A stretch of DNA of 64,000 nucleotides, taken from the NCBI RefSeq assembly GCF_009914755.1, contig NC_060929.1; one strand, written 5' to 3'. How positions within the stretch are numbered: position 1 is the first letter of the stretch; each line of letters begins with the position of its first letter. The stretch is from the human T2T-CHM13v2.0 reference genome, Homo sapiens. Positions 1 through 15,284 of this stretch are shown piece after piece. The notes under the pieces are model-generated. The model had not been told where the DNA came from and did no database searches. It worked only from the letters and a program-made list of their open reading frames with translations. Both the position numbers and the translations under genes were made by a program.

Positions 1-3000
1 TGAATTATTTCATTTGCTAATATTTCCTAGCTTAGGCTGAGTTTCAAGCCAAGGACATTACTGCAAGAGTAGCAAGAAGAGAAAATCAATACCATATTGA
101 TTGCCAGTAAAAATGGCTATGAATAACTTCAGTTACCTCTTTGTAGTTTAAGGCTCATTGTTTTATCTTCACCATTTGTGGCTCTTTGAGTTTTTATAAT
201 GAAAATATTGAGATTGAGTCAAAGACCTGGAAAAAAATTTGTATCTATACAAGTTTGTAAATTCCTAAATGATGTGCTTTAAGAAAAAAGAAACCTTTGG
301 ACATGGAGCTAAAAAGAATTATTTTCTGCTTTAGCTTTTTAATAAGAAAATGATCATTTTCTTGGTCACATTTCTAATAAAGTGGTTATGTTTAGCCTGA
401 TCTAATTTAGGTATATATCTTTACCTGTCCACAATCTTTTCACTCAATTTCAGTACATCAAAAATATATTGTTTGTGTGATAATGTATTTGTTTTAGATC
501 TGACATTTCTTTCCAACATTGAATATAAAGACAATATTTAACCTATTAACATAGAAATATTTTAAATTGTAGAGAAATCAGAGAATTAGGTCATGCTTTA
601 AGTATTTTGGAGCTTAGGAAAATGTTTTCATTAGCTGTCAGAATGTAGGGTTGGAGAAGGTTAGGATGGAAGAATCTGCCTGGCTTGGCAGAGTTCTGGA
701 GAAACATGATTCTGCAGATAGAGGGCAGCTCTTTGGGGTTCCCCAAATTGTGGACTTGGGGACATTGATTCTAACTCTACCTTTGGGAAGGCTGCTTCTG
801 AAAAGAACCAGAATCTTGCTATCATTTTTAACATTGATACTTTGGTTCTTATCAACAGAAATCACCTTAGCTAATTTAAAGAAAACAAATACATTGGATG
901 GATATGGATAGTTCCAAAATCCAGGAAATAATGAAGACCCAGACTTCAGCAAGGATAGGAACTAGACAGCTTGGCAACTAGGTGTTCATTGAAGTCCAGA
1001 ATTAGGAATAAAATAGCATCAATTATTTTCCATGCTGTCCTTCCTTACTCGGAGATTAACATTCTGGGAGGGAGAGAATTGATCTAGCTAGGGTCCGAGG
1101 TCTAGGGTGGGCAAGAATCTTTGGCAACCACTATGCCTTTATGGTAAATGAGGAGGAGTCTCAAAAGCAAACTAGGAAACTATCTGTTACCGGAGGAAGG
1201 GCAGGAAAAAAAACAAAACAAAACAGATATCCCCTATAGGCAGTATTTTTTCACCCTAACATTTTAGGATTAGTGTAGTCATTGTCCCAATATCTTCTTC
1301 TCTCCATAATCTTATAGTGTTTTCACAACCTTTTCATTATAGGCTTGCCCCTTAATATTTTTTTTTTAACTCCAGTCCAGCTTTGAGAGGACTGTGCATT
1401 GAGACGCTCTTACTTTGGTCAGGCTATGCATTATGGTTTAGTTCTAGCATAGGTTCTGTATTGTTCTTGAGATTCAATTTCCTTGTTTCTGAGACTCCAG
1501 TTCTAGTGACCAGGACCTTGTCTTATTTCCTGGATCTGAAGTTGGAATGAAATACTGCTTTGCTTCTTGCTAGTCCCTCATCCCTACCAAAGGCTTGGGT
1601 GCTTTTCTGAACTTCCAATCTGTGCTTGGTGCCCTGTTCTTTGCTGTTAAAAACCCTGGAGCTCTCTGCCTGACCTCTTGTGGATTTCCCAGCACTGTGC
1701 TTCTATGAAAATACTTTTAACATTCCTGGTGGGATCTGGCCAATGCCAACTAATTGTCTGCCAAATTCTCGCTCTCTCTGTTTTAAATTCGCAAACATCT
1801 CTTTATACAGTCCTGGCTTATCCAACATCCCCATTTAATTTTATTTTAAAAATTGTTTTAGTAAATATTGAATAGGCATAAAATCCCAATGATAACACAT
1901 GTAATGTTTTAAGAAATATCAAATAATAATCTCCAGTGTACCCATCACCACCCAGTTTAAGAAACAGGATGCCATGTCATTCTTACTTAAAGTAACTGCC
2001 TGGCTGGTTAGAATGGGCCCATTCCACCTTTAAAGTCAGGAAAACTATGTTACAATCTCAGCTCTAATACTAGCTATGTGATCTTGAGTAGGTCACTTTG
2101 CCTCTCTGAACTTCAATTTAAACCTTGTCACTTTAAGTTGGATAACAACATAGTTAGCACTTTATAGTTATAAATGTACTTCCTTCATCTAATGGCTCTC
2201 AGTGAGTGTGTCCTGCACCCTCCTCCTCCTCTTACATCTGCTGTTCATGGCCATCAGAAACTTGCTCACTCTGTCACAAGACAGGATACTCTATGCTAGC
2301 TGAAACAGGGATCTTTTTAAATTGAATACAAGATTGGCCTTAGAGTAGAGCCCGGCAGGAACCCAGTGGTCCTGACTATGGGGAAGAAGGATACACAGAG
2401 AACCACCAGTATCTGAGGATTCATCATCCACATCTCTAAGTTACGAGGTTACATAGACAACTAAAGGTACAGAGCAGGACATTATTTATCCATATTCTGA
2501 CCACTTAAACACTGGTTCCATTTAATCATTCTTCCTATCTCAACACCAGCGTTTACTCCAGCCTATTAAGTCATCTTTGTTGGTCAGCCTTTCCTGGAGT
2601 ACATGTTTCAATTATAGAATTTATTTGACTAGATGTTTATTATTTGTTTAAATATCTCCCTTCACACTAGACAGAGTGCCATAAATGGAGGGCTCCTTCT
2701 TGCTTTTATTGTTATCTCCCTGTACTCAGTTCTGTGACTGGCACATAGCAGGTGCTCCATAAATGCTTGCTTCATGAAAGGTGTAGAGGCAGGGTTCAGC
2801 CTGCCCAGCCTTTCTTAACAAAATTTGATCTGAAAATAGCCTTTAAGTATTACAGGCACAAAGAAACTAGCTCTAAGATTGCTGCTTTGATATTTGAAAA
2901 GAACCAATAATCAAAGATGTACACATAATTCATGGAAAGATACAATAGTGTCAAATTGCCTTTTTGTATAAATTTTGAAACCCCTCCCCTATATTCCAAA

Positions 3001-6000
3001 CTTCTGTTTAAGAAGATATTCTATTGTTTTCTACTCCCCAGTTCTGACTCTGTTTAGTCTGGCCTCATCTGTTCTTGAGTGGGCAGAAAGAATACTTCAT
3101 ATTCAGCTAGAAACAGTAAGCAGGAGCTCTTAATGGGGACACTGCATCTGCCAATCCCCCCACAGCTGCCCCACACTCCCCACCTCCAGTGTGCTGTCAC
3201 ATTATGAATGTGGGGAATGCTCTATAAATGCTGGCAGACAGAATCAAGCCCATAAGTTAGTTCATTTCAGCTTAAATGGATGTGTCCAAATGAATTGCCA
3301 CCCACATCTGAAATTCCCTGATTTGTATAGTACCGTTTTTTTTTTCCTTAAAAGAAATCGCATTCTGCCAGCAATAAAAATTACTCAAAATTTCAACAAT
3401 TGTGACACTGTCTTGGAAAGATCACAAAGAGTCTTTTAAAATCCAATTTAGAAATAAGTCTATAAATATGTACACTGCAATGTTGCTTTCGATTAGGAAA
3501 AAAACAGAACTTAACAAATCAGATTTTAAAGAGGACATAATAAGTACTTTAACAGTTACTGTGTGGGGGTTGATTCTGTAGTGGCTGTACAGCTCAGAAT
3601 ATTGAAAGAGCAGTATTTCTCTGTGTGGGTGGTGGGCGGGAAGGAGTGTCTCACATGCAGCCAGCTAAGCGGCAAACATGTTTATAATTGCAACACAGCA
3701 GAAAACATTGGTAAAGCTTATGAGCATAAAACAATTACACACAGACTTCGTGTCAGCCTGCATGCCTTAAAGCAAGGGTCAGTAACCTAGAGCCCACGGT
3801 CTAATTCTGGCTCACTTAAGAGTCCTAAACAACCCACAGTCCAGCTCTTTTCAGTCCAAACACGTTGGCAGTTTAAGGTATCGTAACTCTCCTTTTTTCA
3901 TATGTCCTTGAGATCTAACCAACACTGTACCACTCAATTCCATCACAGTTTCCTGAATTTAGAATTCAACTGGGGTTGGCTTTATATGATGACAAAGTAG
4001 CCAACAGACATTTTGATGAATAAATCCCAAATTTCATCATTCTTAAAAAGATGAATTTTTAGACTCTTCAACATACTGTGCTTTTAATTTTTCTTCTATT
4101 ATTAGTTCTTGAGTGTTTAAAGAGGCCTTAAGACAATAAAACCTAGGTGTTTGTGGGGAGTGAGTGGATACAATCACATTCCAAAGCAATTTGAATTCTG
4201 GAAGTCATTTTAAGTGAGAATAATTATTATTAAGTATAGTAGATAACAGAACAATCTTAAAACAAAACAGCTATCACATAAGAAACATCAATCAGAAAAC
4301 AACCTTGAAATATAAAAAGCAGCTTGAAAATGTATGGGAGTGGGAAAAGAGAAGGATTAGCTAATGGAAATACTCTAGGAAAGACAATGCTCTTGTAAAA
4401 AGACAATTTGGCAAGCCAAGGTACTTCATTTATGGAAAAACTCAATGGGAACAATCACTTTCAGAGTTTGATTTCAGAGGTTTGGGGAAGATTTGTCTGC
4501 AACAAAATTCTCACTCATCTGTTACTGTCTCCTTCCCTTCAAATTCCTACGGGAGATACGCTTAGGGGCAAGGAGTGTGTGGGGTTGTATCCAACAAGTG
4601 TCATGATAAAAGTTGCAAATATCCCTGGGAATGGTAGTGCATTATGTTATTATTAACGATGAATTGTTTAATCAAACACCTAAAGGGATAGGAGTTCATT
4701 GAGAATTAAAAGGAGATCATCTTGGATCATGCACCACAGTCCTGGAAGTATGAGAGCAGTGGGCTAGGGTAGGAAAGATGGGAAGAATTCCAGTGGGTTA
4801 GGGAAAGTGGAAGTAAGGATACTGGGAACAATGGTTATAGGGAAGGGGTGGGAAAGAGAAGATATTCTATTTAAACCACACTTTTTCCTTAGGATAGGAG
4901 TTTTAGTTTTAGTTTTCTGAAGTTAGAACAAGGATAATGTTTTATACTATCTGGTAGTTTCTCCAAACACTTGATACAATTTAAAGTGGAGAGAACACAA
5001 GCTTTAGAGTCAGGATCTAGATTTAAACCACTCTCAATCGTTAAACTCTCTGAGCCCAACTGGAGCTAAGAATATGTGGACATATGCTGATTGCCTACAC
5101 AGCACTTAGCTCTCTTGTCTTTTTTCCTAAGAGAATCCCAGGGTTCCCAGCTAGTGGCAGTTTGGGAGGGATTAAGCCCAACCCAAGTCTGAGAGTTGGC
5201 TTTGATGGGTTCAAGCAAATCATTTCATTCCATTAGCATGTAATCCAATTTAAATTAATGCTTAGAGAGACATTTCACAAGGGCATCTGGGGTACATGCT
5301 GAATCTTCTAAGACATCTACTTTAAGAGGCACTCTCTATCCCTGGGAAGGATGAGATGTGCTGATGTGAGTCCTGAAATGACTGTAGCTATTTTGCTGCC
5401 ATGAAGGAAGCCAGCTGAAATTGAATTAGACACATGAATGAGGGCAAAGCTGAGAACAGAAGAGAAATTTAGCCAAAACAGTGTTGAAATTGTATCTAAA
5501 GCCTCACATATTACTGGACTTTTTAGTTATATGAGCCAATAAATTCCCTTTATTATTTGAGCTAGGTTTTTATTTAGGTTTTCTGTTGTTTGCAACCAAA
5601 ACATTGCTAATCAATGCGTTGAATCTCACTGGGCTTTTGTGGGGCTTATGGCCTATCAGTGTATGGCATATAAATGTTAGGTTGAGTAACATTTATCTTT
5701 TAGTTCTTTTTAAAAATTAATTTAACCACTGTCTAGTGAACCCTCACTGTGCCATTTTGTATAAACTATGGTGCTAAGTTCTAGGGCTATGAAGATACGT
5801 AACAGTGGATCCCTGCTCCTAAGGAGTTCACAAACTATGGACTAGCTTGTTTCTAATGATTTGTTGGATATTATTGGAAAAGTGTAAGCAGAAGAGACTG
5901 GGTTCTTTTAGCTTAGGTTACCTAGAACTTTAAAAGTTAATTCTTGAATATATAAATATTGACTATCATGTTAGGTTACTTGAGTATATTACTATGACTA

Positions 6001-6732
6001 CAGTTAATAAGGCAGTCTAACCATTTCTTTAGAACCAACAAATAGTATGTAGTCAATGTTAGATAGGTTTTCACTGTGCTTTTTACTTTTTCACAAAATT
6101 CCAACAACTGTTAGAGTTCCTCCTAATATCATTCAAAAATATAAACATTCTTCTATAATTCAAAAAATAGTCTAGTAAGTAAAGCCCAATTTCCAATATG
6201 TCTTATTTAAGTAAATTTAATGTAGCTCAAAAAAATCTGCAGATCTTTCATAACATGGAAGCTTTTTTCCAAGACTTTCAGTTGAACTTCTGTTGCTGCT
6301 AGTATTTTCTGAGTGGGAGAGTGCTATTTCTGGAGCTAAAGTACAGTTGCTATAATAAGTTTTTTTTTTTTTTTAAGGATAGTAATACTCATCAGTAAAT
6401 GTTACTTCAAATGCAGTTGGCTTTTGTAATAGTTTAGATTTGCTCCTTAATAATTTTGGGAAGAATACCTGGTATATTGTTATGATTCTACCTAAGTTAG
6501 AAAGTTTAATATGCATATTTCTTACACTAGCATCACACTGAATTGGGTATCATTTTATAAGAATTACTTGCATAATATAAGTAGGCACAGTTGATTAAGG
6601 TAATTTCCCTCTACTATGGCATTCTTTGCAAAATATGAGCACAGAAGTACGTGGCTCATCCTCAGAAGTTCCCTATTATTTCAATGCAATCCATCTCTGC
6701 CAAAGGATGTACTGCTCTCTCTAAGAACCTCA

Positions 6733-7043
<311 letters not shown>

Positions 7044-8540
7044 GAACCTCAAATGATAAATATTGGCCTATTAAATGTAATTTAAATAAGCAGTTTCAAT
7101 AAATAGCATCTTTTTGACTTTTACAGGTAAAATTGATCAATAATGAGGGTATAAAACTGGAATAGTTTCAAGATAGAAAAATATATCCCTGTAATACTTC
7201 TTAAGGAACTAATATATCTTTTCTACAACTGATGATTAAAAAGGAAAGAGGGAAGATAAGGTAAAATAAGGAACAAACACATGTTACTGCTTATCTCCAC
7301 CCTGATGTTTCATTTAATGTACGGCTGATGAACGATAAAATGTTTTGTGTTTGCGCAACAGTTTGAGCTAACTTCTCAAATAATACAACTGCTCCCAAGT
7401 TTTACAAATTTTCCACAATCCACATATTAAAATATTGGATGAAAAACTTTGCTTTACATTAAAAACGTGAAGCAGAGAGGTAAATATCAAGAAAATACAA
7501 GCTAGCCAGTGTCTATTACAAAGAAAAATATGTTGTTCCCGGTTTCATGATGTTGGCTTGCTTTTTTCTCTTTGTGATTTGTGCTGTACTAGATTGAATC
7601 AGTTCCAATGATGTATGGCTGTGTCTTTTCCTCTTCCTCATCTTCATATTAAGGCCTTGTTCATTTATGGAGAATTCAAGCAACTCAAGACCTTTTAGAG
7701 CTGAGTGAGTACTTGGGCATCTATGATTGAAAGTAAAGGTCATTTCCAATTTGGAAAAGATGGTTTGGACCTGTTTTTTCTGCTTCTCTCCACTAAGCAC
7801 AACTATAATCCCTGGAAACAGTACAAAAAAAAAATAACCAAAGGAGAACTCTAAAATGTAGTCAGCAGAAGACAAGATGGTGTGGGACCCCAAGACTGTA
7901 GGAATAGCACAGTGACGGTATCTTATATGCCCATACTCAACAGTGAAAGGCCACCCAGACCTAGGTTGAAAGCCGACCTAGCAATAGGAGGCAAACTAGA
8001 CAGGCTCATTCATTTCCCTGGACCACACTGGAGTCCCAGTGACAAAATCAGTTGAGTCTGACAACACCAGCAAAGGGGATGGGTTGGAAAACTAACTGGA
8101 AATAAGTGACTGGAGGAGATACACTCCTTTCCTGAGCCAGAGTCTCCCCTTTCCATTGAGAGATACCAAAGCAGACAGGGAGAACTAGCAGGAGAGACCC
8201 AGCAGCTGGATCTAGGAATCTTCTTTGTCTCCACAAGCCTGAGACCCTCCTCCCCAATCCAGAGACATCAGAGCAGCAGATGGAGGTGGGAATAGGTAGA
8301 AACCAGTAGTGGCATCTCTTCTTAAGAAGAATTAATGCTAATTTTACACAATCTCTTCCTGAACATAGAAGAGACAAGGACACTTCCAAACTTATTTTAT
8401 AACGCCAGTATTTCCCTAATAGCAAAACCAAGCAAAGGCAGCACCATAAAGCAAACAGAACCCAAAAAACAAAAACTACAGATCAATATCTTTCATGAAT
8501 ATAGATACAAATATCCTCAACAAAATAGTACTAAACTAAT

Positions 8541-8684
8541 TGGGTGTGGTGGCACATGCCTATAGTCCCAGCTACTTGAGAAGCTAAGGCAGGAAAATCC
8601 TTTGAGCCCAGCAGTTTGAGGTCAGCCTAAGCAATATAGCAAGACTCCTGTCTGTTAAAAAAAAAAAAAAAAAAAAAACAAAAA

Positions 8685-8688
<4 letters not shown>
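8541..8688 (+). mobile_element. Free Alu monomer (FLAM-like)
   Basis: Single Alu arm followed by an A-tail, inside the L1. Confidence 0.8.

Positions 8689-8723
<35 letters not shown>
8689..8723. repeat. (AT)17 microsatellite
   Basis: Read directly. Confidence 0.95.
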
Positions 8724-8725
<2 letters not shown>

Positions 8726-8915
8726 CTTGCTAATATATATTAGCAAGCCAATTTCTATAATGTATTAAAAATTATGCACCATGACCAAGTGGGATTTTTT
8801 TTCCAGGTATGCAAAACTGGTTAAATATTTAAAAATCAAATGATGTAATCTATCATATCAATAAGCTAAAGAAGAAGAAAAACCATAGGGTCATATCAAT
8901 TGATGCAGAAAAGGA

Positions 8916-9272
<357 letters not shown>

Positions 9273-10854
9273 TTATGATAAAACTCTTAGAAAATTAGTA
9301 ATAGAGGTGAATTACTACAACTTGGTAATGACCATCTATAAAAAAATCCTACAATTAACATCATACTTAACAGGAACAAGGCAAAGGTGTACACTCCCAT
9401 CACTCTTAATCAACATAGTACTAGAAGTTCTAATGACTGGAAAAAGGTAAGAAAAATGAATAAAAGGCATACCATTTGTAAGGGAAAAATAAAGTTATCT
9501 CTACGGGCCAATTACATAATTGTCTATACATAAAATACCATGACATCTCCAAAGCAAAAACAAAAACAAAAACCTCCCACAAACTTATAGAACTTGTACG
9601 GGAGCTCAGAAAGATTACAGGGTACAAGATCAACACATAAATATCAATCATCTTATGTGTACTAACAATAAACATGCCGAAACCAAATTTTAAAACATAA
9701 TACCAGTTTACAGTTGCTCCAAAGAAAATTAAATGCTTAGAAACACACTAAAGAAAACATGTACAGAATCTGTTTGATGAAAATTAGAAAATGCTAATGA
9801 AGAATATAAATAAATAAATAAATGGAGACACAACCATATTTATAGATTGGGAGACTCCACTGAGTAAGGATGCCAACTCTCTCCAAATTTATCTATAGGT
9901 TTAATGAAATCTCTACCACAGCAAGAATCTGTGAAGACATAGAAAAGTTTATTTTAGAATTTATATGGAAAGGCACAGGCCTTATAATAGCTTTAAAAAA
10001 ATGACAAAAAATAGTAAGGTGGGAAAAGCTGCTCTACCTGATATCAAGATCTACTATGTAGGTACAGTAATCAAGAATGTGATATTGGCATAGGGATAAA
10101 CACACAGGTCAATGTATTAGAATAGATAACCCAGAAAAACACACACACAGATATGCTCAACTAATTTTGACAAAGGGGCAATATCTATTCAAAGGAGGAA
10201 TGATAGACTTTTCAGCAAAGGGTGCTGGAGAATACCTATAGAGAAATTAACTTTAAATGGATCATAGACTTAAATATAAGATGTAAAACTATAAAACTTG
10301 TGTTAATAGAAAAAAAGCATAGGAGGAATCTAGAGCCAGACAAAGTGTGCTTAAACTTGACACAAAAGCACAATCCATACAAGGAAAAACTGATAAATTG
10401 GATTTCATCAAAATAAATACCTTTTGCTCCAAGAAAGACCCTGTTAAGAGAAGGAGAAGACAAGGTAGAGACTGGGAGAAGATATTTGCAAACCACGTAT
10501 CTGACAAATGACTGGTATCAAGAATATATAAAGAACTCTCAAAGCTCAATAGTAAAAAACTAAATAATCCAATTAGGATTATATAATTGGCAGTGGATAT
10601 ATGAATCTGCACAGGTAATAAAATTGTATGGTGCTTATACACACACATACACAAAAATGAGTTAAATTATAACTGGGAAATCTGAATAAAATGGGCCAAT
10701 TTTATTAATGTTAATATCCTGGTTATGATATACTTAAGTTTAGCAAAATGTTATTTGGATAAACTGGGAATAGTGTACAAGGAATCTATAACTCTGTATT
10801 ATTTCTTACAGTTGCATGTGAATCCATAGTTATCTCAATAAAAGTTTCAATAGA

Positions 10855-11227
<373 letters not shown>

Positions 11228-11349
11228 TTATAGACCTCATTAGTTTAATTTCAGAAGCTGAAAACATGGGCAGAATAAAATAATTTGAAATAATTGTATA
11301 TAGATGATCCATCCACAAGGGATTCCTCTAGGTAGTTAAAAAATTCTGT

Positions 11350-11673
11350 GGCCGATCTTGGTAGCTCATGTCTGTAATCCCAGCACTTTGAGAGGCCGAG
11401 GTGGGTGGACCACCTGAGGTCAGCAGTTCAAGACCAGCTTAGCCAACATGGTGAAACCCTGTCTGTACTAAAAATACAAAAATTAGCCAAGTGTGGTGGC
11501 ACGCACCTGTAGTTCCAGCTACTCAGGAGGCTGAGTGAGGAGAATCACTTGAACCTGGGAGGTGGAGGTTCCAGTGAGTCAAGATTGCGCCACTATACTC
11601 CACCAGTCTGGGTGGCAGAGTGAGACTCCATCTCAAAAAAAAAAAAGAAAAAGAAAAAAGAAAGAAAAAAAAA
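11350..11673 (+). mobile_element. Alu SINE (AluSx-like)
   Basis: Full Alu; TSD AAAAATT(C/G)TGTG. Confidence 0.92.
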
Positions 11674-12022
11674 TTGTGTGACTCATTACTACACCTAAGC
11701 TTTAGAGGAATTCATGCCCTTCCAAAAATATTTCTTAGTGCCTCTGACAGAGATTTAATATACTATTTGGAAACTGGCTATTTCTAACACCAATCACTGG
11801 CAATATTTAATGGTGTTTTTGAAAGAAAAATTTATGGATAAGTTCAAGTTTATTCAAATACTTTTAGTTTATAAGGAGGACTCTCATGATATTCAAATTT
11901 TGTGTTCTCAAGAAAATATAATTTTAAATAAAGATAAATATAAGAACAGCATAGCCAAATGCAATGGCTATTTTCCATTTTTGTGCTGAAACAAGTCATG
12001 ATGTAATCCATTGAGACATTAA

Positions 12023-12345
<323 letters not shown>

Positions 12346-12787
12346 CAAGCTTTTTCCTTTTTAGATAATAATTAAGCTCATTGTAAGACATATAAATATC
12401 ATTTCAAGGTATACTGAAAAGTCACCTATCCAGTGTTTCTTGCAGCACATTTTCAGCAGCATTCCATAGCAATTTTCAAATGTAAGTTTGTTGTATGATG
12501 CTTTACAAGATACCTTATCTTCTGTTGTCCTTAGCATGGATTGGAAGAAAGCTGAGAGAGGACAGAGTAAAATCTCAATTTGTCCTAACATTCTTTTTTT
12601 TCTCCAGAAGATGAATACATAGAGCTACTCAGACCACAGATATGATAAACTTGTGTCCGAGAGTGTGCCAAATGGCTGGGTGTGTCAGTATGGTTTTTTG
12701 CCATGATGTGGTAACAGGATTTCCATTTGGGATTAGTTCTGAGGTTCTGATCTTGCTTATCCCTAGTCTATAGAAACTTATATAAGG

Positions 12788-13091
12788 ATTTTTTTTTTTT
12801 TTTTTTGAGACAGGGTCGCGATCAGTCACACAGGCTGAACTGCAGTGGCAAGAACACAGCTCATTGCAGCCTCGACCTCCTGGGCTCAAGTGATCCTCTC
12901 GCCTCAGCCTACTGAGTACCTGGGATTACAGGCACACACCACCATGCCCAAATAATTAAAAAAATTTTTTTTGTACAGATGGGGTCTTGCTTTTTTGCCC
13001 AGGCTTGTCTTGAACTTCTATCCTGAAGTGATCCTTCCAACTCAGCCTTCCAAAGTGTTCAGATTACAGCTGTGAGCCACCACACCCTGCC
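12788..13091 (-). mobile_element. Alu SINE (AluJ-like)
   Basis: Poly-T plus reverse Alu; TSD TAAGGATTT. Confidence 0.9.
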
Positions 13092-13827
13092 TATTTAAGG
13101 ATTTAATTCCGATCTGGAGTAGGTCTAGGGTGGCAGAAGGAACCTATCACAACAACAGCAATAACATAATAATGTATAAAAATGCAGTGGAATTAATTCA
13201 AACCCACAGCAGGCCAGAAATTACACACCTAAAAACCCTTCAATTGGAAATGGTCTGAGTCAGCTGGAAATCTCCCAGCACTCCTACCTCTAAGAGTCAG
13301 TGGAAACCAGATCAATTCTTAGAAGCATGTGTGCAGTTGGAGCACAGGCGCGTTGCCAATGCAGTCTCTCCATGGTGATCATCTTGTTACATTGACCATA
13401 AGAGAACTGTCAGCCAATGAAATACAAAGCAAATGCAAAAGTATACTTCAATATCCAAGATGCGGAGACCTTAGTTAATATTTTAAAAATACATGTTAAT
13501 ATTAGATATTCTGTAGTTAGTACTATGTAAATTCTATTATTATTTTCACTTTGAGTAGTCATTATATTACATGTTAATCTTTCCAAAACATACTTTACAG
13601 CCTTTAAACTCTTGAGAGTTAATTAAGTTAAAATTAAATCATATCCTTATCATCAGAGTGCAATTTTACTAGTAAGGAAAATAAAAGAAGGGCTTCATGT
13701 TCAAGATTTTTGCAGTGAAAAAGGACATTATTATAGAAATAAGCATTCTATCAACCCTAACTGATAAGGAGTCAAGAAAAAAAAAGCTAATTTTTTTCAC
13801 TCTGACAGTCTCCAGGTTGAAAGCTAA

Positions 13828-14127
13828 TTTCTTTTTTTTTTTTTTTGAGATGGAGTCTCATTCTGTTTTCCAGGCTGGAGTTCGGCGGCACGATCTCGGC
13901 TCACTGCAACCTCCTCCTCCGTGGTTCAAGTGATTCTCCTGCCTCAGCCTCCCAAGTAGCTGCTATTATAGGCACATGCCACTAGGCCCAGCTAATTTTT
14001 GTATTTTTAGTAGAGACGGGGTTTCACCAGTTGGCTAGGCTGGTCTCAGACTCCTGATCTCAGGTGATCCAACCCACTTGGCCTCCCAAAGTGCTGGGAT
14101 TACAGGAGTGAGCCACTGTGCCTGGCC
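13828..14127 (-). mobile_element. Alu SINE (AluSx-like)
   Basis: Reverse Alu; TSD GAAAGCTAAT. Confidence 0.93.
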
Positions 14128-14228
14128 GAAAGCTAATCTTGAGTAACGCCAATATCCAGAATTTTTTTTTCTAGAACCTATGTTAACACCAAGAACGAGT
14201 CTTGTTATGGTAACAAGGCTGATTAAAA

Positions 14229-14391
14229 CAGCGGTGTGCTAGACAGCCAATTGTTAAATAATGAGGAATTTTGCAAGGTAGTTGATGTCACATTGGTGGA
14301 TTGAAATTGGGCATGGTGGAAATATTTACACCATGCAAATTAGCATATTCTACCAAGAGCTGGTTGTTATACATTTACCAGCGTACCCCTG
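14229..14391. mobile_element. hAT-Blackjack DNA transposon relic (MER63-like)
   Basis: Terminal inverted repeats CAGCGGTGTGCT / AGCGTACCCCTG; internal GAAATTGGGCATGGTGG..ATTTACACC. Confidence 0.65.
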
Positions 14392-14871
14392 GGTACTCAC
14401 ATATTGGTAGAGTAAGTGGCTTCTTAAATTTGTGATTTTGAGAAGATAAACTGAGGGAGGTCTCTTACCTTCTTTAAAATAACAAGCTTTTCATAATAAT
14501 CATAGACTGCTGTTAGAGGAATTGTATGCAGAAAATCTGTCTGATAATAAGCTATGACTTAGAAAAGTACAATAAATTGCACATAGTCTTGTGTAGTTCA
14601 CAAAGCCCTCAACATGGTTGATGTCGTTTGATGTTTACAATAATCCTATAAAGCAAGTTTTATTATTATTTTACAAGTTTGGTAACTGAGGCTCAAATGG
14701 ATTTGTTATCTTGTCCAAAGTTACACACCAATGGTGGAGCTGATAAATAAACTTAGGTCTTCTGTCTCTAACTTCTTTGTAATTTATCAGAGGGAAAAAA
14801 TGTAATGTTTCTTCTACTATGTAATGTTTCAGAAGGAAAAATGCACTAAGTTTGATATACAGCCTAATTGG

Positions 14872-15284
14872 TGATATGGTCTGGATCTGTGTCCCTGCCC
14901 AAATCTCATGCAGAATTGTAATCCCCAGTGCCAGAGGTGGGGCCTAGTGGGAGGTGATTGGATCATGAGGGCAGTTTCTCAATACCATTCCCCCTTGGTG
15001 CTATCATCACGATAGTGAGTTCTCATGAGATCTGATTGTTTAGAAGTGTGTGGCACCTCCCCTCTCTCTCTCTCTTGCTCCTGCTCTGGCCATGTAAGAC
15101 ATGCCTGCTCCCACTGTGCCTTCTGCCATAATTCAAAGTTTCCTGAGGACTCCCCAGAAGCTGAGCAGAAGCTGCTATGACTCCTGTACAGCCTGTGGAA
15201 CCACGAGCCAATTAAACCCCTTTTCATTATAAATTACCCAGTCTCAGGTATTTCTTTATAGCAATGTAAGAATGGACTAATGCA
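14872..15284 (+). mobile_element. Solo MaLR LTR (MSTA/THE1 group)
   Basis: TGATATGG..GGACTAATGCA termini; 5-bp TSD ATTGG/ATTAG. Confidence 0.9.

Noticed and set aside
8335-8565. ORF with L1 ORF2-like peptide
   Set aside because: Fragment of a decayed, interrupted L1; not a functional gene
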